A stretch of 64,000 nucleotides of DNA, taken from assembly GCA_965224245.1 (NCBI GenBank), contig OZ245046.1, forward strand, positions 2,976,001-3,040,000, in the 5' to 3' direction. The stretch is from Candidatus Eiseniibacteriota bacterium (GTDB taxonomy: Bacteria > Eisenbacteria > RBG-16-71-46 > CAZAMP01). Shown here in pieces: positions 20,174 to 29,871 of the stretch. The translations under genes and the position numbers were made by a program. The stretch's first letter is position 1. Every line of letters starts with the position of its first letter. The notes beneath the pieces were generated by a model that saw only the letters and a program-made list of their open reading frames with translations, was not told the origin of the DNA and searched no databases.

Positions 20174-21036
20174 CCCTCGACCGTGGCTCCACCGCCCCCG
20201 GTCGTCGGGTTCGCTCGCTCGCGCGCGGACGCGAAGAACCCGAGCAGTCGCGCGAGGTTGTCGTGCATCTGACGCCGGTCGACGATCTGATCCACGTGTC
20301 CGTGCTCCAGGAGGAACTCCGAGCGCTGGAATCCCTCGGGCAGCTCCTGGTTGATCGTCTCGCGGATCACGCGCGGCCCCGCGAAGCCGACGAGCGCCCG
20401 CGGCTCGGCCAGGATCACGTCCCCGAGCGTGGCGTAGCTCGCGGTGACCCCACCGGTGGTCGGGTGCGTCAGGACCGAGATGTACGGAAGGCCTACGTCG
20501 CGCAGACGTCCGAGCATCGCGGAGGTCTTGGCCATCTGCATCAGCGAGAGGACGCCCTCCTGCATCCTGGCACCACCCGACGCCGACACGATGACGATCG
20601 GGCATCGCTCGGTCAGCGCGTCGTCGATGGCCCGCGCGATGCGCTCGCCGACGACCGACCCCATCGATCCGCCCATGAAGCTGAAGTCCATCACGGCCAT
20701 CGCCGTGCGGTGACCGCCGATGGTCGCCATCCCGGTGACCACGGCATCGGTGGCCGGTGACTTTTCGAGGGCCAGCTTCAGCCGTTCGGAGTACTTCTTG
20801 GAGTCCTTGAACTTGAGCGGGTCGGTGGAGCGCAGCTCGTCGTGGCGCGGCTCGAAGGAGTCGGGGTCGGTGAGGATCGCGACGAACTCGGTCGATCCGA
20901 TGCGGAAGTGATGCGCGCAGACCGGACACACCCACGACTGGCGCGCCAGCTCCTTGCGATACTGGATCTCGCCGCACCCGTCGCACTTGACCCAGGCGTC
21001 GCTGGTCGCATCGCTGCCGTTTCGGCTCGGTACCAC
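20170..21036 (-). CDS. accD: Acetyl-CoA carboxylase carboxyltransferase beta subunit
   Basis: WVKCDGC..CPVC zinc finger, GGSMGSVVGE, SGGARMQEG, PTTGGVTAS, GFAGPRVI; RBS GGAGGT before GTG 21036. Confidence 0.95.
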   Translation of the reverse strand: MVPSRNGSDATSDAWVKCDGCGEIQYRKELARQSWVCPVCAHHFRIGSTEFVAILTDPDSFEPRHDELRSTDPLKFKDSKKYSERLKLALEKSPATDAVVTGMATIGGHRTAMAVMDFSFMGGSMGSVVGERIARAIDDALTERCPIVIVSASGGARMQEGVLSLMQMAKTSAMLGRLRDVGLPYISVLTHPTTGGVTASYATLGDVILAEPRALVGFAGPRVIRETINQELPEGFQRSEFLLEHGHVDQIVDRRQMHDNLARLLGFFASARERANPTTGGGGATVEG

Positions 21037-21158
21037 GCTGACCTCCGCGGTTGCGCGCGCCGCGCGCGCCCCCCATCCCGACGCGGCGCATCTTACTAGA
21101 GCGGCCGCCGCCGTGTGTGGAAATTCCGGCCGCGCGGCCCGCGCGCCGCCGACGAGGC

Positions 21159-21635
21159 TCAGCCGTCTCCCAGCAGGAGATCGAACAGCAGCGCGTCCTC
21201 GCGGGACGGCTCGGTGTAGTAGCCTCGCCGCACCCCGACCTCGACGAATCCGAACGCCCGGTAGAGCGCGACCGCGGCCACGTTGGAGCGTCGCACCTCG
21301 AGCGTGACCCGGCGCTGACCCCGTGTCCGTGCCGTCGAGACGATCGCGGCGACCAGGTGCCGGCCGATTCCCGCCCGGCGACGGGCGTCGGCCACGGCCA
21401 CCTTGGCGAGCTGGGTCTCGTCCAGGACGTGCCAGGCGATGGCGTATCCGGCCACACCATCGGCGTCGGCGGCGACCAGACAGGAGGCCGTGGACGGGGG
21501 CTTCAGCGCCTCGCTGCGGAGTGCGGCCAGGCTCCACGGCGACCTGAACACGGCGGACTCGATGGCCGCCACCTCGGGCAGGTCACTCTCGCGCATCGTG
21601 CGAACCCGGACGCCGGATGCCGGGAACGGCGTCAC
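21159..21635 (-). CDS. rimI: Ribosomal protein S18 alanine N-acetyltransferase RimI
   Basis: IESAVFRSPWS, RRRAGIG, LEVRRSNVAAVALY, GFVEVGVRRGYY, EDA. Confidence 0.9.
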   Translation of the reverse strand: MTPFPASGVRVRTMRESDLPEVAAIESAVFRSPWSLAALRSEALKPPSTASCLVAADADGVAGYAIAWHVLDETQLAKVAVADARRRAGIGRHLVAAIVSTARTRGQRRVTLEVRRSNVAAVALYRAFGFVEVGVRRGYYTEPSREDALLFDLLLGDG

Positions 21636-23185
21636 CGCGGCGTGAGCACGCTGATCGGCAGCACCATCTCCTCCAGCGACACCCCACCGTGCTGGAACGT
21701 GTCGCGGAACTGCCGCTCGTAGCGGTTGAAGTTGTTCGGATAAACGAAGAAGTTGCTGTTCTTGGCCAGGATGTAGTGCTTGGTCGGCGAGTCGTCCGGA
21801 AGCATGTAGTCGCCGGGCCGGCGCACGTGTATCGCTCCCTTGGCGTCCACCTTCAGGTTGGATCCGTACTTGTACCGGAGGTTCGACGAGGCCTCGCGTC
21901 CGGCGTTCACCAGCGACCCCTTGTTCACGAGGATCGCGCCGTGATCGGTCGTGACGACGACCTTCGCGCCGACCGACGCGATCGTGCGCAGGGTGTCGTA
22001 GAGCGCCGAGTGCTCCAGCCAGGTCACCAGCATCTTGCGGAAGGCGGTCTCGTCGGGCGCCAGCTCCTGGAGGATGTCGGACTCCGAGCGCCCGTGCGCC
22101 ATGATGTCGAAGAAGTTGTACACGAGCGCCACGAAGTCCAGCGACCCGAAGGACGCGGCCTGCCGGCGCACCAGCGCGGACTCCTCCTGCGAGAACGCCC
22201 GCTGGTACTTCCACGATCCGAGCGACACGCCCTGCCGCCCCATGTTGGCCTCGAGGAGCTCTCGCTCGTGCCGATTGCGACTGCCCTCGGTGTGCGGATC
22301 CTCCACCCAGTAGTCGGGGTGATGGGCCACGATGTCGCGCGGGAACAGCCCCGCGAAGATCGAGTTGCGGGAGTACGGGGTCGCCGTGGGCAGGATGGAG
22401 TAGTACAGGCGCTCGTCGATCGTGAAGTGCCGCTCGATCAGGGGCCTCATGGCCAGCCAGTGATCGAGCCGCATGCAATCGATCAGGACGAACACCACGC
22501 GCTCGCCGTCTCGCAGCATGGGGAACACGACCTCGCTCATCAGGTCGGGACTCATCAGCGGACGCTCGTGCGACTGCACCCAGCCCGCGTAGTGCTCCTC
22601 GACGTAGCGGCAGAACAGGTCGTTGGCCTCGCGCTTCTGATCGAGGTGGCTGTCGCGCAGACCGGCGTCGGCGATGCGTGTCATCTCCAGATCCCAGGCG
22701 GCCAGGCGGGCGCCGATGGTGAGCCACGCCTCGGGCGTGTGCGCGTCCGCGATCGCGGACGAGACGTCGGCCAGGTGCCGCACGAAGTCGCGCGTGAGCG
22801 TGTCGCGCCGGATCCCCTCGCCCTCGAAGATGCGCTTGAGCGCCAGCAGGATCTGGCTGGGATTGACCGGCTTGATCAGGTAGTCGCGGATCTGCTGCCC
22901 GATCGCCTCGTCCATGATCTGCTCTTCCTCGCTCTTGGTGATCATGATGACGGGCAGCGTGGGGTTGGACTCCTTGATGACCGAGAGCGTCTCCAGCCCG
23001 TCCTTGCCGGGCATCATCTCGTCCAGGAGCACCGCATCGAATTCCTGAGCCTCGACGGACGAGATCGCGTCGTCGCCGTTGGAGACCGGCGTGACCTCGT
23101 AGCCCTTGCCCTCCAGGAACAGGATGTGGGGCCGGAGGAGATCGATCTCGTCGTCGGCCCAGAGGATCTTTTTTACAGGTTTCAT
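21632..23185 (-). CDS. PorX-like response regulator with C-terminal PglZ/alkaline-phosphatase-superfamily domain
   Basis: ILWADDEIDLLRPHILFL, LLDEMMPG, MITKSEEE; IDCMRLD, SILPTATPYSRNSIF, TTDHG, TFQHGGVSLEEM. Confidence 0.9.
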   Translation of the reverse strand: MKPVKKILWADDEIDLLRPHILFLEGKGYEVTPVSNGDDAISSVEAQEFDAVLLDEMMPGKDGLETLSVIKESNPTLPVIMITKSEEEQIMDEAIGQQIRDYLIKPVNPSQILLALKRIFEGEGIRRDTLTRDFVRHLADVSSAIADAHTPEAWLTIGARLAAWDLEMTRIADAGLRDSHLDQKREANDLFCRYVEEHYAGWVQSHERPLMSPDLMSEVVFPMLRDGERVVFVLIDCMRLDHWLAMRPLIERHFTIDERLYYSILPTATPYSRNSIFAGLFPRDIVAHHPDYWVEDPHTEGSRNRHERELLEANMGRQGVSLGSWKYQRAFSQEESALVRRQAASFGSLDFVALVYNFFDIMAHGRSESDILQELAPDETAFRKMLVTWLEHSALYDTLRTIASVGAKVVVTTDHGAILVNKGSLVNAGREASSNLRYKYGSNLKVDAKGAIHVRRPGDYMLPDDSPTKHYILAKNSNFFVYPNNFNRYERQFRDTFQHGGVSLEEMVLPISVLTPR

Positions 23186-23261
23186 ACCACCGCCGGGCTT
23201 CGCCCGCGCCGGTGGAACTGACCGGGGCGCGCGGGGTTACTGATGTCTGGTCGCGGGCGCC

Positions 23262-23290
23262 AGAGTAGGGAGACCGGGTTCGGCGGTCAA
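23262..23290 (-). promoter_or_regulatory. sigma70-type promoter of the porX-like operon
   Basis: TTGACC-N17-TACTCT. Confidence 0.6.
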
Positions 23291-23415
23291 CCGAAACCCG
23301 GATTTGGGGCGCTCGGTCACGATGCGTATACTTCGACCCGCGCGAGTTTGCTCCAGGCATCGACCGGAGCCTCGCGCGGCACTTTCCATCGGATTCTTCC
23401 CATCGGGGGTGTAGC

Positions 23416-24219
23416 GTGTTTCGTACGTGGGCAACCGTGAGCGTGATCTCCGTCGTGGCCTGGACCACGACGACCGAGGCCGACGCCGCCACCACCTGGC
23501 GCGAGTTCGGCGGACTCAAGATCATCGTCGGCGACAGCGTCGACACCGAGGGGCAGGTCTACGTGGCGCGTGGGCACTTCCTCGCGGCACCCAGCGGGTC
23601 GGAGCACGTCTACGTCCTCGCGCCCAAGGAGTACACGGTCCACCGTGTCCCGCGCTCCGCCCTCGAGACCACCGAGAAGGGCCCCGCACTGGACATCGAC
23701 GACAAGAGCGGGTTCACCTCGGTCGGCGTGCTCGAGAAGGACGCGGATGCCATGAAGTGGAGCGACGGCGAGCAGCGCTACTCGCTGTCGGCCAAGCCGC
23801 CGCTGATCGGTCGCGTCACGCTCGAGGAGCTCCTCGCTCACACCAAGAAGTACGACTTCGACATCGAGACGTACGAGCCACGCGCGGCAGCACTATCGGC
23901 GCTGGCCGGCGTCGAGACGCCGGTCGACATCGCCGTGGCCTTCGGCACGTGGTGCTCGGTTTGCGCACACTGGTTGCCCCACTTCATCAAGACCGTCCAG
24001 AGTGCGGACAATCCCAACCTGCGCGTGACCTACGTGTCGGTCAACGAGGATCTCGACCAGCCGGCCGATCTGATGAAGACGTACGCATTCGACGGCGTCC
24101 CCATCTTCTCGGTTCGCCGCGACGGCCAGGAGATCGGTCGCGTGACGGGCGAGGACCTCGAGGAGGATCCGGACGCGGTGCTGGAGCAGAGCCTTGCCGA
24201 CATCATCACCGGCAGCTGA
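23416..24219 (+). CDS. Exported thioredoxin-family protein
   Basis: Signal-like N-terminus; FGTWCSVC (CxxC); GVPIF cis-Pro motif; EIGR. Confidence 0.75.
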   Translation: MFRTWATVSVISVVAWTTTTEADAATTWREFGGLKIIVGDSVDTEGQVYVARGHFLAAPSGSEHVYVLAPKEYTVHRVPRSALETTEKGPALDIDDKSGFTSVGVLEKDADAMKWSDGEQRYSLSAKPPLIGRVTLEELLAHTKKYDFDIETYEPRAAALSALAGVETPVDIAVAFGTWCSVCAHWLPHFIKTVQSADNPNLRVTYVSVNEDLDQPADLMKTYAFDGVPIFSVRRDGQEIGRVTGEDLEEDPDAVLEQSLADIITGS

Positions 24220-24241
24220 CCCGACGAGCACGACGCCGTCG

Positions 24242-25162
24242 ATGACCGGTGTCGCCGTCGTGTGGATCGGGCATCTGGCCCGCCTCGCGCTGGCCCTCGT
24301 GTACCTGGCCGCCGTCGCCACCAAGTCCGTCGACGTCTCGTACTTCGCCGAGCAGATCGCCGAGTACGGTGTCACCCCGGCCGCGTGGGCGGTCTGGCAG
24401 GCGCCGTTGCTGCTGGCGCTGGAGCTCGTCATCGGCGTCGCGCTCGTGGTGAACTTCCGGCCGCGCCTGACGGTTCCGGCGGCCGCCGCGCTGATGCTCG
24501 TCTTCATCGGCGCGATCTCCATCGCCTGGTCCCGGGGCTACACCGGAGGCTGCGGCTGCTTCGGTGGCGCGGTGTACCGGACCCCCGCCGCGACGTTGCT
24601 CGAGGACGTGCTGTTCCTCGGGCTCGCCGGCCTCGCCTACCTCGGGGCCATCCGGCGTGAACGCGGCTCGACGCGGCACGGTGGCCACCGGTGGCAGGCG
24701 GTCGCGGTCCTTCTCGCCGTGGTGCTCGGACTCTCGGCACCGCGAGTGGCGCCGGCCATCGCGCCTCCGGGCTGGGCGACCGCCGGCGTAACCGGGGGAC
24801 GGTTCGATCACGTGGTGGTGGAGGAGGTCGACGCCAGGATCGATCACGGGGATCTGGTGCTTGCTCTTCTCGATCCGGCCGGCGACGAGTCGATCGCGGC
24901 GCTCGGCCCGGTCGGCGATCTCGTCGGCCTGGACGGCGTGCCGCCGGTGGTGGGGGTGTTCCAGGGCACGAACGAGGACATGGTGGGTGTGCTGTTCGAG
25001 CACGCGCCCGCGTTCGATCACATGGGACACGCGTCACGATCACAGCTCCGACGCTTCTACCGCGAGCTTCCGGTCGTGCTCGCGCTTCGCGACGGTGAGA
25101 TTCTCGCCGCCTGGCACGACACGATCCCGTCGGCCGAGGACATCGCGTCCGCGTACCGCTAG
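24242..25162 (+). CDS. MauE/DoxX-family membrane redox protein with degenerate thioredoxin-like C-terminus
   Basis: TM helices, LELVIGVAL, GCGCFGG motif. Confidence 0.75.
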   Translation: MTGVAVVWIGHLARLALALVYLAAVATKSVDVSYFAEQIAEYGVTPAAWAVWQAPLLLALELVIGVALVVNFRPRLTVPAAAALMLVFIGAISIAWSRGYTGGCGCFGGAVYRTPAATLLEDVLFLGLAGLAYLGAIRRERGSTRHGGHRWQAVAVLLAVVLGLSAPRVAPAIAPPGWATAGVTGGRFDHVVVEEVDARIDHGDLVLALLDPAGDESIAALGPVGDLVGLDGVPPVVGVFQGTNEDMVGVLFEHAPAFDHMGHASRSQLRRFYRELPVVLALRDGEILAAWHDTIPSAEDIASAYR

Positions 25163-25214
25163 CCGCCGCCCGGAGCGCGGATGGCACCCGCTTCGTCGTA
25201 CCCGCCGCCGGATG

Positions 25215-26492
25215 TCACACGGGGAACTGCACCACGAACGTCGTGCCCTCGCCCGGGGCCGACCGCTCCAGGAGGAGCCGGCCGCCGTGGTACTCCTCGA
25301 CGATGCGCCGGCTCAGCGACAGCCCCAACCCCCATCCGCGTCGCTTGGTCGAGTATCCCGGCTCGAACACGCGCCGCTGCTCGGCCGCGGTCATCCCGCG
25401 CCCGTTGTCGGTGATGCGGATGTCGACGGTCTCGGTGTGGGGCTCACGCTTCACCTCGACGTGGATGTGACCGTCCTCGCGGTCGACCGAATCCAGCGCG
25501 TTCTTGAGCAGGTTCTCCATCACCCACTCCATGAGCTCGCGGTTGATGTTGACCGGCGGAACCTCTTCCAGGTGCTCGGTGATCTCGACCGACGACTTCA
25601 TGTGCGGGAGACGGCGCATGAGATAGTGCGTGGCCTCCCCGACCACGGGAACGATGTCCTGTTGCAGGAGTCGCGGCGCCGACCCGACGTTGGAGAACCG
25701 GGCGGCGATCTTCTCCAGCCGTGCCGCGTCGTTGTCCATCTCCGACAGCACGTCGTCGAGGAACGTCCGGTCCAGGGCGACCGCCGCCGGTGACTGCTGC
25801 CCCTCCTCGGCCGACCGGACCTGCTCGCGCAGCACCTCCAGCCAGCCCATCAGCGACGAGATCGGGGTCCCGAGCTGGTGCGCGGTCTCCTTGGCCATGC
25901 CGACCCACACGCTGCGTTGCTCGTTCTCCTTGATCGAGCGGTAGCCGAGCACAGCCAGCAGCATGAAGATCGAGACCATCGAGAGCTCGATCAGCGGGAA
26001 GAACCGGAGCTGCCGGAGCAGCGGCGAGGTGCCGTAGTGCACGTGGCCGAAGTCGTTGAGATCGCCGGGCCGCTGGATCGGAATCGGATCGTTCTGCGCG
26101 TCCAGATCGGCGAGCTTGTCCAGCACGACGCGCAGCGCGCCCGTCTCGGGAGGGTTCTCGGGGTCGAGCGCGGAGATCTCGAAGTCGGTGACCTCGTCCA
26201 TCTCGACCCCGACGTGGCGCCACACGCGCGGCGTGCCGCTGCGATCGGTCAGGATCAACGGGAAGTCGATCTGCGAGATCACGTCCCGGTACGTCTGCTG
26301 GACCTTGGGGTCGGTCTCGCCGCTTCCCGTGGTCGACGCGGTGTTCGCGGCGAACTGCGCGAAGATGAACGAGACCGCCCGCGACTCCTCCTCGAGACGA
26401 CGCACGATGCGATCGGTGACGATCAGGAGTCCGGCGATGAGGACGATCCCGCCGATGAAGAGATAGTTGCGGAGCAGCTGTGACTTCTGCAT
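25215..26492 (-). CDS. Membrane sensor histidine kinase
   Basis: Two TM segments; H-box KETAHQLGTPISSL; N-box ENLLKNALD; DNGRGM; GYSTKRRGWGLGL. Confidence 0.93.
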   Translation of the reverse strand: MQKSQLLRNYLFIGGIVLIAGLLIVTDRIVRRLEEESRAVSFIFAQFAANTASTTGSGETDPKVQQTYRDVISQIDFPLILTDRSGTPRVWRHVGVEMDEVTDFEISALDPENPPETGALRVVLDKLADLDAQNDPIPIQRPGDLNDFGHVHYGTSPLLRQLRFFPLIELSMVSIFMLLAVLGYRSIKENEQRSVWVGMAKETAHQLGTPISSLMGWLEVLREQVRSAEEGQQSPAAVALDRTFLDDVLSEMDNDAARLEKIAARFSNVGSAPRLLQQDIVPVVGEATHYLMRRLPHMKSSVEITEHLEEVPPVNINRELMEWVMENLLKNALDSVDREDGHIHVEVKREPHTETVDIRITDNGRGMTAAEQRRVFEPGYSTKRRGWGLGLSLSRRIVEEYHGGRLLLERSAPGEGTTFVVQFPV

Positions 26493-26505
26493 GACACCCC
26501 GCGAC

Positions 26506-27372
26506 CTACTGCTCGACGAGCGCGGCCTTTCGCTGAGCCAGAAGCTCTTCCGCGAGCGAGCGGGCCAGCATCAGCGACTCGTCGCGCGGGCCGTCGATCG
26601 CGTGATGGAAGCGGCGTCGCCCGCCGAAGTCGACGACGGTCGCCTCCAGGTGGAGGGTCTCTCCCTGCTGCGTCATCAGCGCGGCGGCCAGCGTGGGACG
26701 TCCCTCTTTGAGCATGCGCACACACAGGCGCTCGGCCTCGACCTCGCGCCGGGCCAGTCGATCGTCGAGCTTGTGGGCCAGCGCCTTCAAGTTGTCGTCT
26801 CCCTCCCGCCCGACCAGCGACAGGGTTCCCTGGCCCGCGACCGGCATCATCAGGTCACTCGGGAGAATCTCGCTGACGCGATCCTGGATGCCCAGCCACT
26901 CGGCGTATGAGGCCGGCATGATGAGCGCGTCGATCTCCTCGTTCTCGAGCACCTCGAGACGATCCCGAACCGCCCCCGAGACGGTGACGACGCGAAGGTC
27001 GGGCCGGTAGAACAGGATCTGTGCGGCCTGGAGCGGGCCGTCGACACCGATGACCGCCCCCGCGCCGAACTCGTCCAGGAGGATCGCGTCGTCGGCCACG
27101 ACGGCCGAGAGCGGCGTGCGGCGCGGCGCGACCGCGAAGAGCGCCACGCCCTCGGGGAGCGTGAGTGGAAGATGGCGCGTCGGCATCACGACGCCGTCGT
27201 GGCTGCCGCGCACCAGTCGATCCAGCAGGACCTCGCTGTGGTCCATGGTGTTCGGGCGACCGAGGACCTCGGTCTCCACGTCGATCGGCGCGATACGCTC
27301 GGCCAGGAACCGCCACTGCTCGATCCCGAGGTCACCGGTGCCGATGCCGAGACGGATTCGGGCTGATGTCAT
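26506..27372 (-). CDS. HemC (hydroxymethylbilane synthase)-fold protein lacking catalytic residues
   Basis: Full-length similarity to HemC (RPDL, PVAGQG, AER, LAEELL), but HSMKD->MPTRH, GTSSLRR->GVDGPLQ, RGN->SGA, GGC->EGR. Confidence 0.75.
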   Translation of the reverse strand: MTSARIRLGIGTGDLGIEQWRFLAERIAPIDVETEVLGRPNTMDHSEVLLDRLVRGSHDGVVMPTRHLPLTLPEGVALFAVAPRRTPLSAVVADDAILLDEFGAGAVIGVDGPLQAAQILFYRPDLRVVTVSGAVRDRLEVLENEEIDALIMPASYAEWLGIQDRVSEILPSDLMMPVAGQGTLSLVGREGDDNLKALAHKLDDRLARREVEAERLCVRMLKEGRPTLAAALMTQQGETLHLEATVVDFGGRRRFHHAIDGPRDESLMLARSLAEELLAQRKAALVEQ

Positions 27373-27448
27373 GGATCGAGATGCTCCAGAGCCGCCGGAG
27401 GCGGCGCAGTGGGTGGCCTAAAACTCCGCAAGACTTCGTGTTACCGCG

Positions 27449-27478
27449 AAGCTAGCACAGCCCTCCGAGAGAGGTCAA
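27449..27478 (-). promoter_or_regulatory. sigma70-type promoter of the hemC-like/histidine kinase pair
   Basis: TTGACC-N18-TAGCTT with TG extension. Confidence 0.5.
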
Positions 27479-27516
27479 TTCGCCGCTTCGACGGCGTTGC
27501 GGCGCTCGCCGCCGCG

Positions 27517-28572
27517 CTATCCCGGCGTCGGCCAGCGAGCCATCCGCCGCCCCAGCTCGAGCCCGGCGATCACGAGCACGCACAGCGCGGCCGCGGCGGC
27601 CGGACCGGTCAAGACCAGTCCCGTCACCGCGAGCACGATCCCCACGACCCAGAACGTCACGAACGTCGCGGTGACCGAGCCCTGCCTGGCGAACAGGCGA
27701 TGCGTCGTGTGGTCGCGCCCCCCCTGGGCCGGACTCCGGCCGGACGCGAGGCGCGTGACGACGACGAACGTGATGTCGGCGACCGGAACGAGGACCACCA
27801 CTGCGATCGCGCATGCATCCCAGAGCCCACCGGACAGCGCGATCGCACCCAGAGAGAAGTACCCGACGGCCTGCCCCAGCATCAGGGAGCCGGCGTCTCC
27901 CAGAAAGAGCTTGGCCCTGGACGTGACGTTGTACGGCAGGAATCCGATCGTGCCCAGCGCGAGCGCACCCGCCACGGCCGCGGCGGGATCGCCGGCCCAG
28001 AAGAGAGACAGTCCGGCCAGCGCGATCGCGGCGGTCCCGGGCGAGACGCCGTCGATGTTGTCGAGGAAGTTCACGGCGTTCTGAAACGCCGCGATCCAGA
28101 TCGTGCCGAGCGCGATGACGAGCGGGGCCGGTAGCCGGGATCCGAGCCCCACGGGCGCGCCCGGTGCCCCCGGGCCGCCGCCGGTCTCCAGCCACCCGGT
28201 GCCGGCGACCACGGCACACGCACCCAGTGCGGACGCGATCAGCTGACCGACGAACTTCTGCCGGGGGGAGAGCGGTGTTCGGTCGTCCACGAAGCCGACG
28301 ATGAACGCGACCGCGAGGCCGAGGACGGCCAGCCACGCGGTGACCCCCTGCGTGGCGGCGACCACGGCGGGAAGCGATGCCACGGCGATGGCGACGCCCC
28401 CCATCTTGGGCGTGACGACGCGATGGAAGCGATCGGGACGTGGCCGGTCGACGAGACCGAGCGTCGGGGCGAGGCGTCGGACGAGGGGAGTCAGGACCAG
28501 GGCCAGAGCGAGCGACGACCACACGACGAGCGATCCGAACGGACCGGGAAACGCGCGAGCGGCGTCGCTCAC
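27517..28572 (-). CDS. MraY/WecA-family undecaprenyl-phosphate GlcNAc-1-phosphate transferase
   Basis: PKMGGVAI, GFVDD, NAVNFLDNIDG, FLGDAGS, GRDHTTHRL. Confidence 0.88.
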   Translation of the reverse strand: MSDAARAFPGPFGSLVVWSSLALALVLTPLVRRLAPTLGLVDRPRPDRFHRVVTPKMGGVAIAVASLPAVVAATQGVTAWLAVLGLAVAFIVGFVDDRTPLSPRQKFVGQLIASALGACAVVAGTGWLETGGGPGAPGAPVGLGSRLPAPLVIALGTIWIAAFQNAVNFLDNIDGVSPGTAAIALAGLSLFWAGDPAAAVAGALALGTIGFLPYNVTSRAKLFLGDAGSLMLGQAVGYFSLGAIALSGGLWDACAIAVVVLVPVADITFVVVTRLASGRSPAQGGRDHTTHRLFARQGSVTATFVTFWVVGIVLAVTGLVLTGPAAAAALCVLVIAGLELGRRMARWPTPG

Positions 28573-28588
28573 GACGGTCGCCGGCAGG

Positions 28589-29689
28589 TCAGTCGCGGAC
28601 GCTGGCCGATGCCGCCTGCGCGGCGTACGCAGATGGATCGGCGATCGACGGATCGGTCGCGCGCTGGGAGTCGATGTCCATGTCCGTGCTCAGCGACGTG
28701 AGCAGCGTGTGCGACGTGTCGCCGTTCTCCAGGAGAACGTGCTCGACGGTGCGCCGCAGCAGCGTGTCCAGATCGACCCGGGGGCGATACCCGACCATGC
28801 GGTTGATCTTGGTGAGGTCGGGTACCCGGCGCCGCACATCCTCGAAAGGCTGGTCGTAGACGGCGTCGAGCGGCATCCGCTCGATGATGGAATCGGACTG
28901 GACGATGTCGCGGATGCGCTCGGCCAACCCGACGATCGTGACCTCTTGGTCGGTGCCGATGTTGAAGACCTCGCCCACGGCCTCGTCGCAGTCGGCCAGC
29001 ATCTGCACGCCCCGCACGACGTCGCCGACGTACGAGAAGCAGCGAGACTGCCCGCCGTCACCGAACACCGTGATGGACTCGCCCGAGAGCGCCTGCTTCA
29101 CGAAGCGCGGGATGACCATGCCGTACTGCCCCACCTGCCGGGGACCGCACGTGTTGAAGCACCGGACCACGACGACCGGGAGGCTCTTTTCGCGGTAGTA
29201 GGCCATGGCCAGGAACTCGTCGACGGCCTTGCCCGCGGCGTACGCCCACCGCGACACGCTGGATGCACCGAGCACCGAGTCGTCGGACTCGCGAAGCGGC
29301 CGATCCGACCCCTTGCCGTACACCTCGGAGCTCGAGAACAAGACGACCTTCCGGACACCGGCCTCCGAGCACGCCCGAAGGACGATCTCGGCCCCCGAGA
29401 CGTTGTTGAGCAGGGATTCCAGGGATCTCTCGACGATGCGCTTGACCCCGACGGCCGCCGCCAGGTGAAACACGCGATCCATCGACGCGACGACCTCGTC
29501 GACGAGCGGGGCATCGAGGACGCTGCCTTCGATGAATCGAACGCTGTTCGCGTCTAGCAGGTGCTGGATGTTCGAGAGGCGGCCGGTGGAGAGGTCGTCC
29601 AGGATGGTCACGTCGTGCCCCAGGTTGACCAGATCATCGACCAGGTGGGATCCGATGAAGCCGGCGCCCCCAGTGACGAGTACCTTCAT
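28589..29689 (-). CDS. NAD-dependent nucleotide-sugar epimerase/dehydratase
   Basis: MKVLVTGGAGFIGSHL, HLAAAVG, SSSEVYG, YAAGK (YxxxK), FNTCGPRQ. Confidence 0.92.
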   Translation of the reverse strand: MKVLVTGGAGFIGSHLVDDLVNLGHDVTILDDLSTGRLSNIQHLLDANSVRFIEGSVLDAPLVDEVVASMDRVFHLAAAVGVKRIVERSLESLLNNVSGAEIVLRACSEAGVRKVVLFSSSEVYGKGSDRPLRESDDSVLGASSVSRWAYAAGKAVDEFLAMAYYREKSLPVVVVRCFNTCGPRQVGQYGMVIPRFVKQALSGESITVFGDGGQSRCFSYVGDVVRGVQMLADCDEAVGEVFNIGTDQEVTIVGLAERIRDIVQSDSIIERMPLDAVYDQPFEDVRRRVPDLTKINRMVGYRPRVDLDTLLRRTVEHVLLENGDTSHTLLTSLSTDMDIDSQRATDPSIADPSAYAAQAASASVRD

Positions 29690-29780
29690 CTTAGGTTTCT
29701 CCCGCGCAATTCCGGCGGAGGCAGGTCCAACCGAGGTAAAGCGCCGAAAGCTCGTCCAGGTTCGGCGAATCAACCCCGGG

Positions 29781-29809
29781 AACCTATGTAACCCGGAGTC
29801 GAGTGTCAA
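29781..29809 (-). promoter_or_regulatory. Internal sigma70 promoter upstream of the epimerase gene
   Basis: Perfect TTGACA-N17-TAGGTT in a relatively AT-rich intergenic region. Confidence 0.65.
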
Positions 29810-29871
29810 GTTTCCAATCAATCGCGTGAAACCTACGAAGTTACAGTCACATGCGTCGACACGAGCCTCTT

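Noticed and set aside
21632-23185. PglZ domain as part of a BREX defence system
   Set aside because: It is fused to a receiver domain (PorX type) within a housekeeping operon, and no brx/pglX genes are present.
17913-23546. Apparent long N-terminal fusions on ROK, folC, accD and rimI (likewise pgpH, aspS, pyrC)
   Set aside because: The extensions are stop-free overlaps with the upstream gene in another frame; real starts are marked by ATGA/GTGA overlaps or an RBS.
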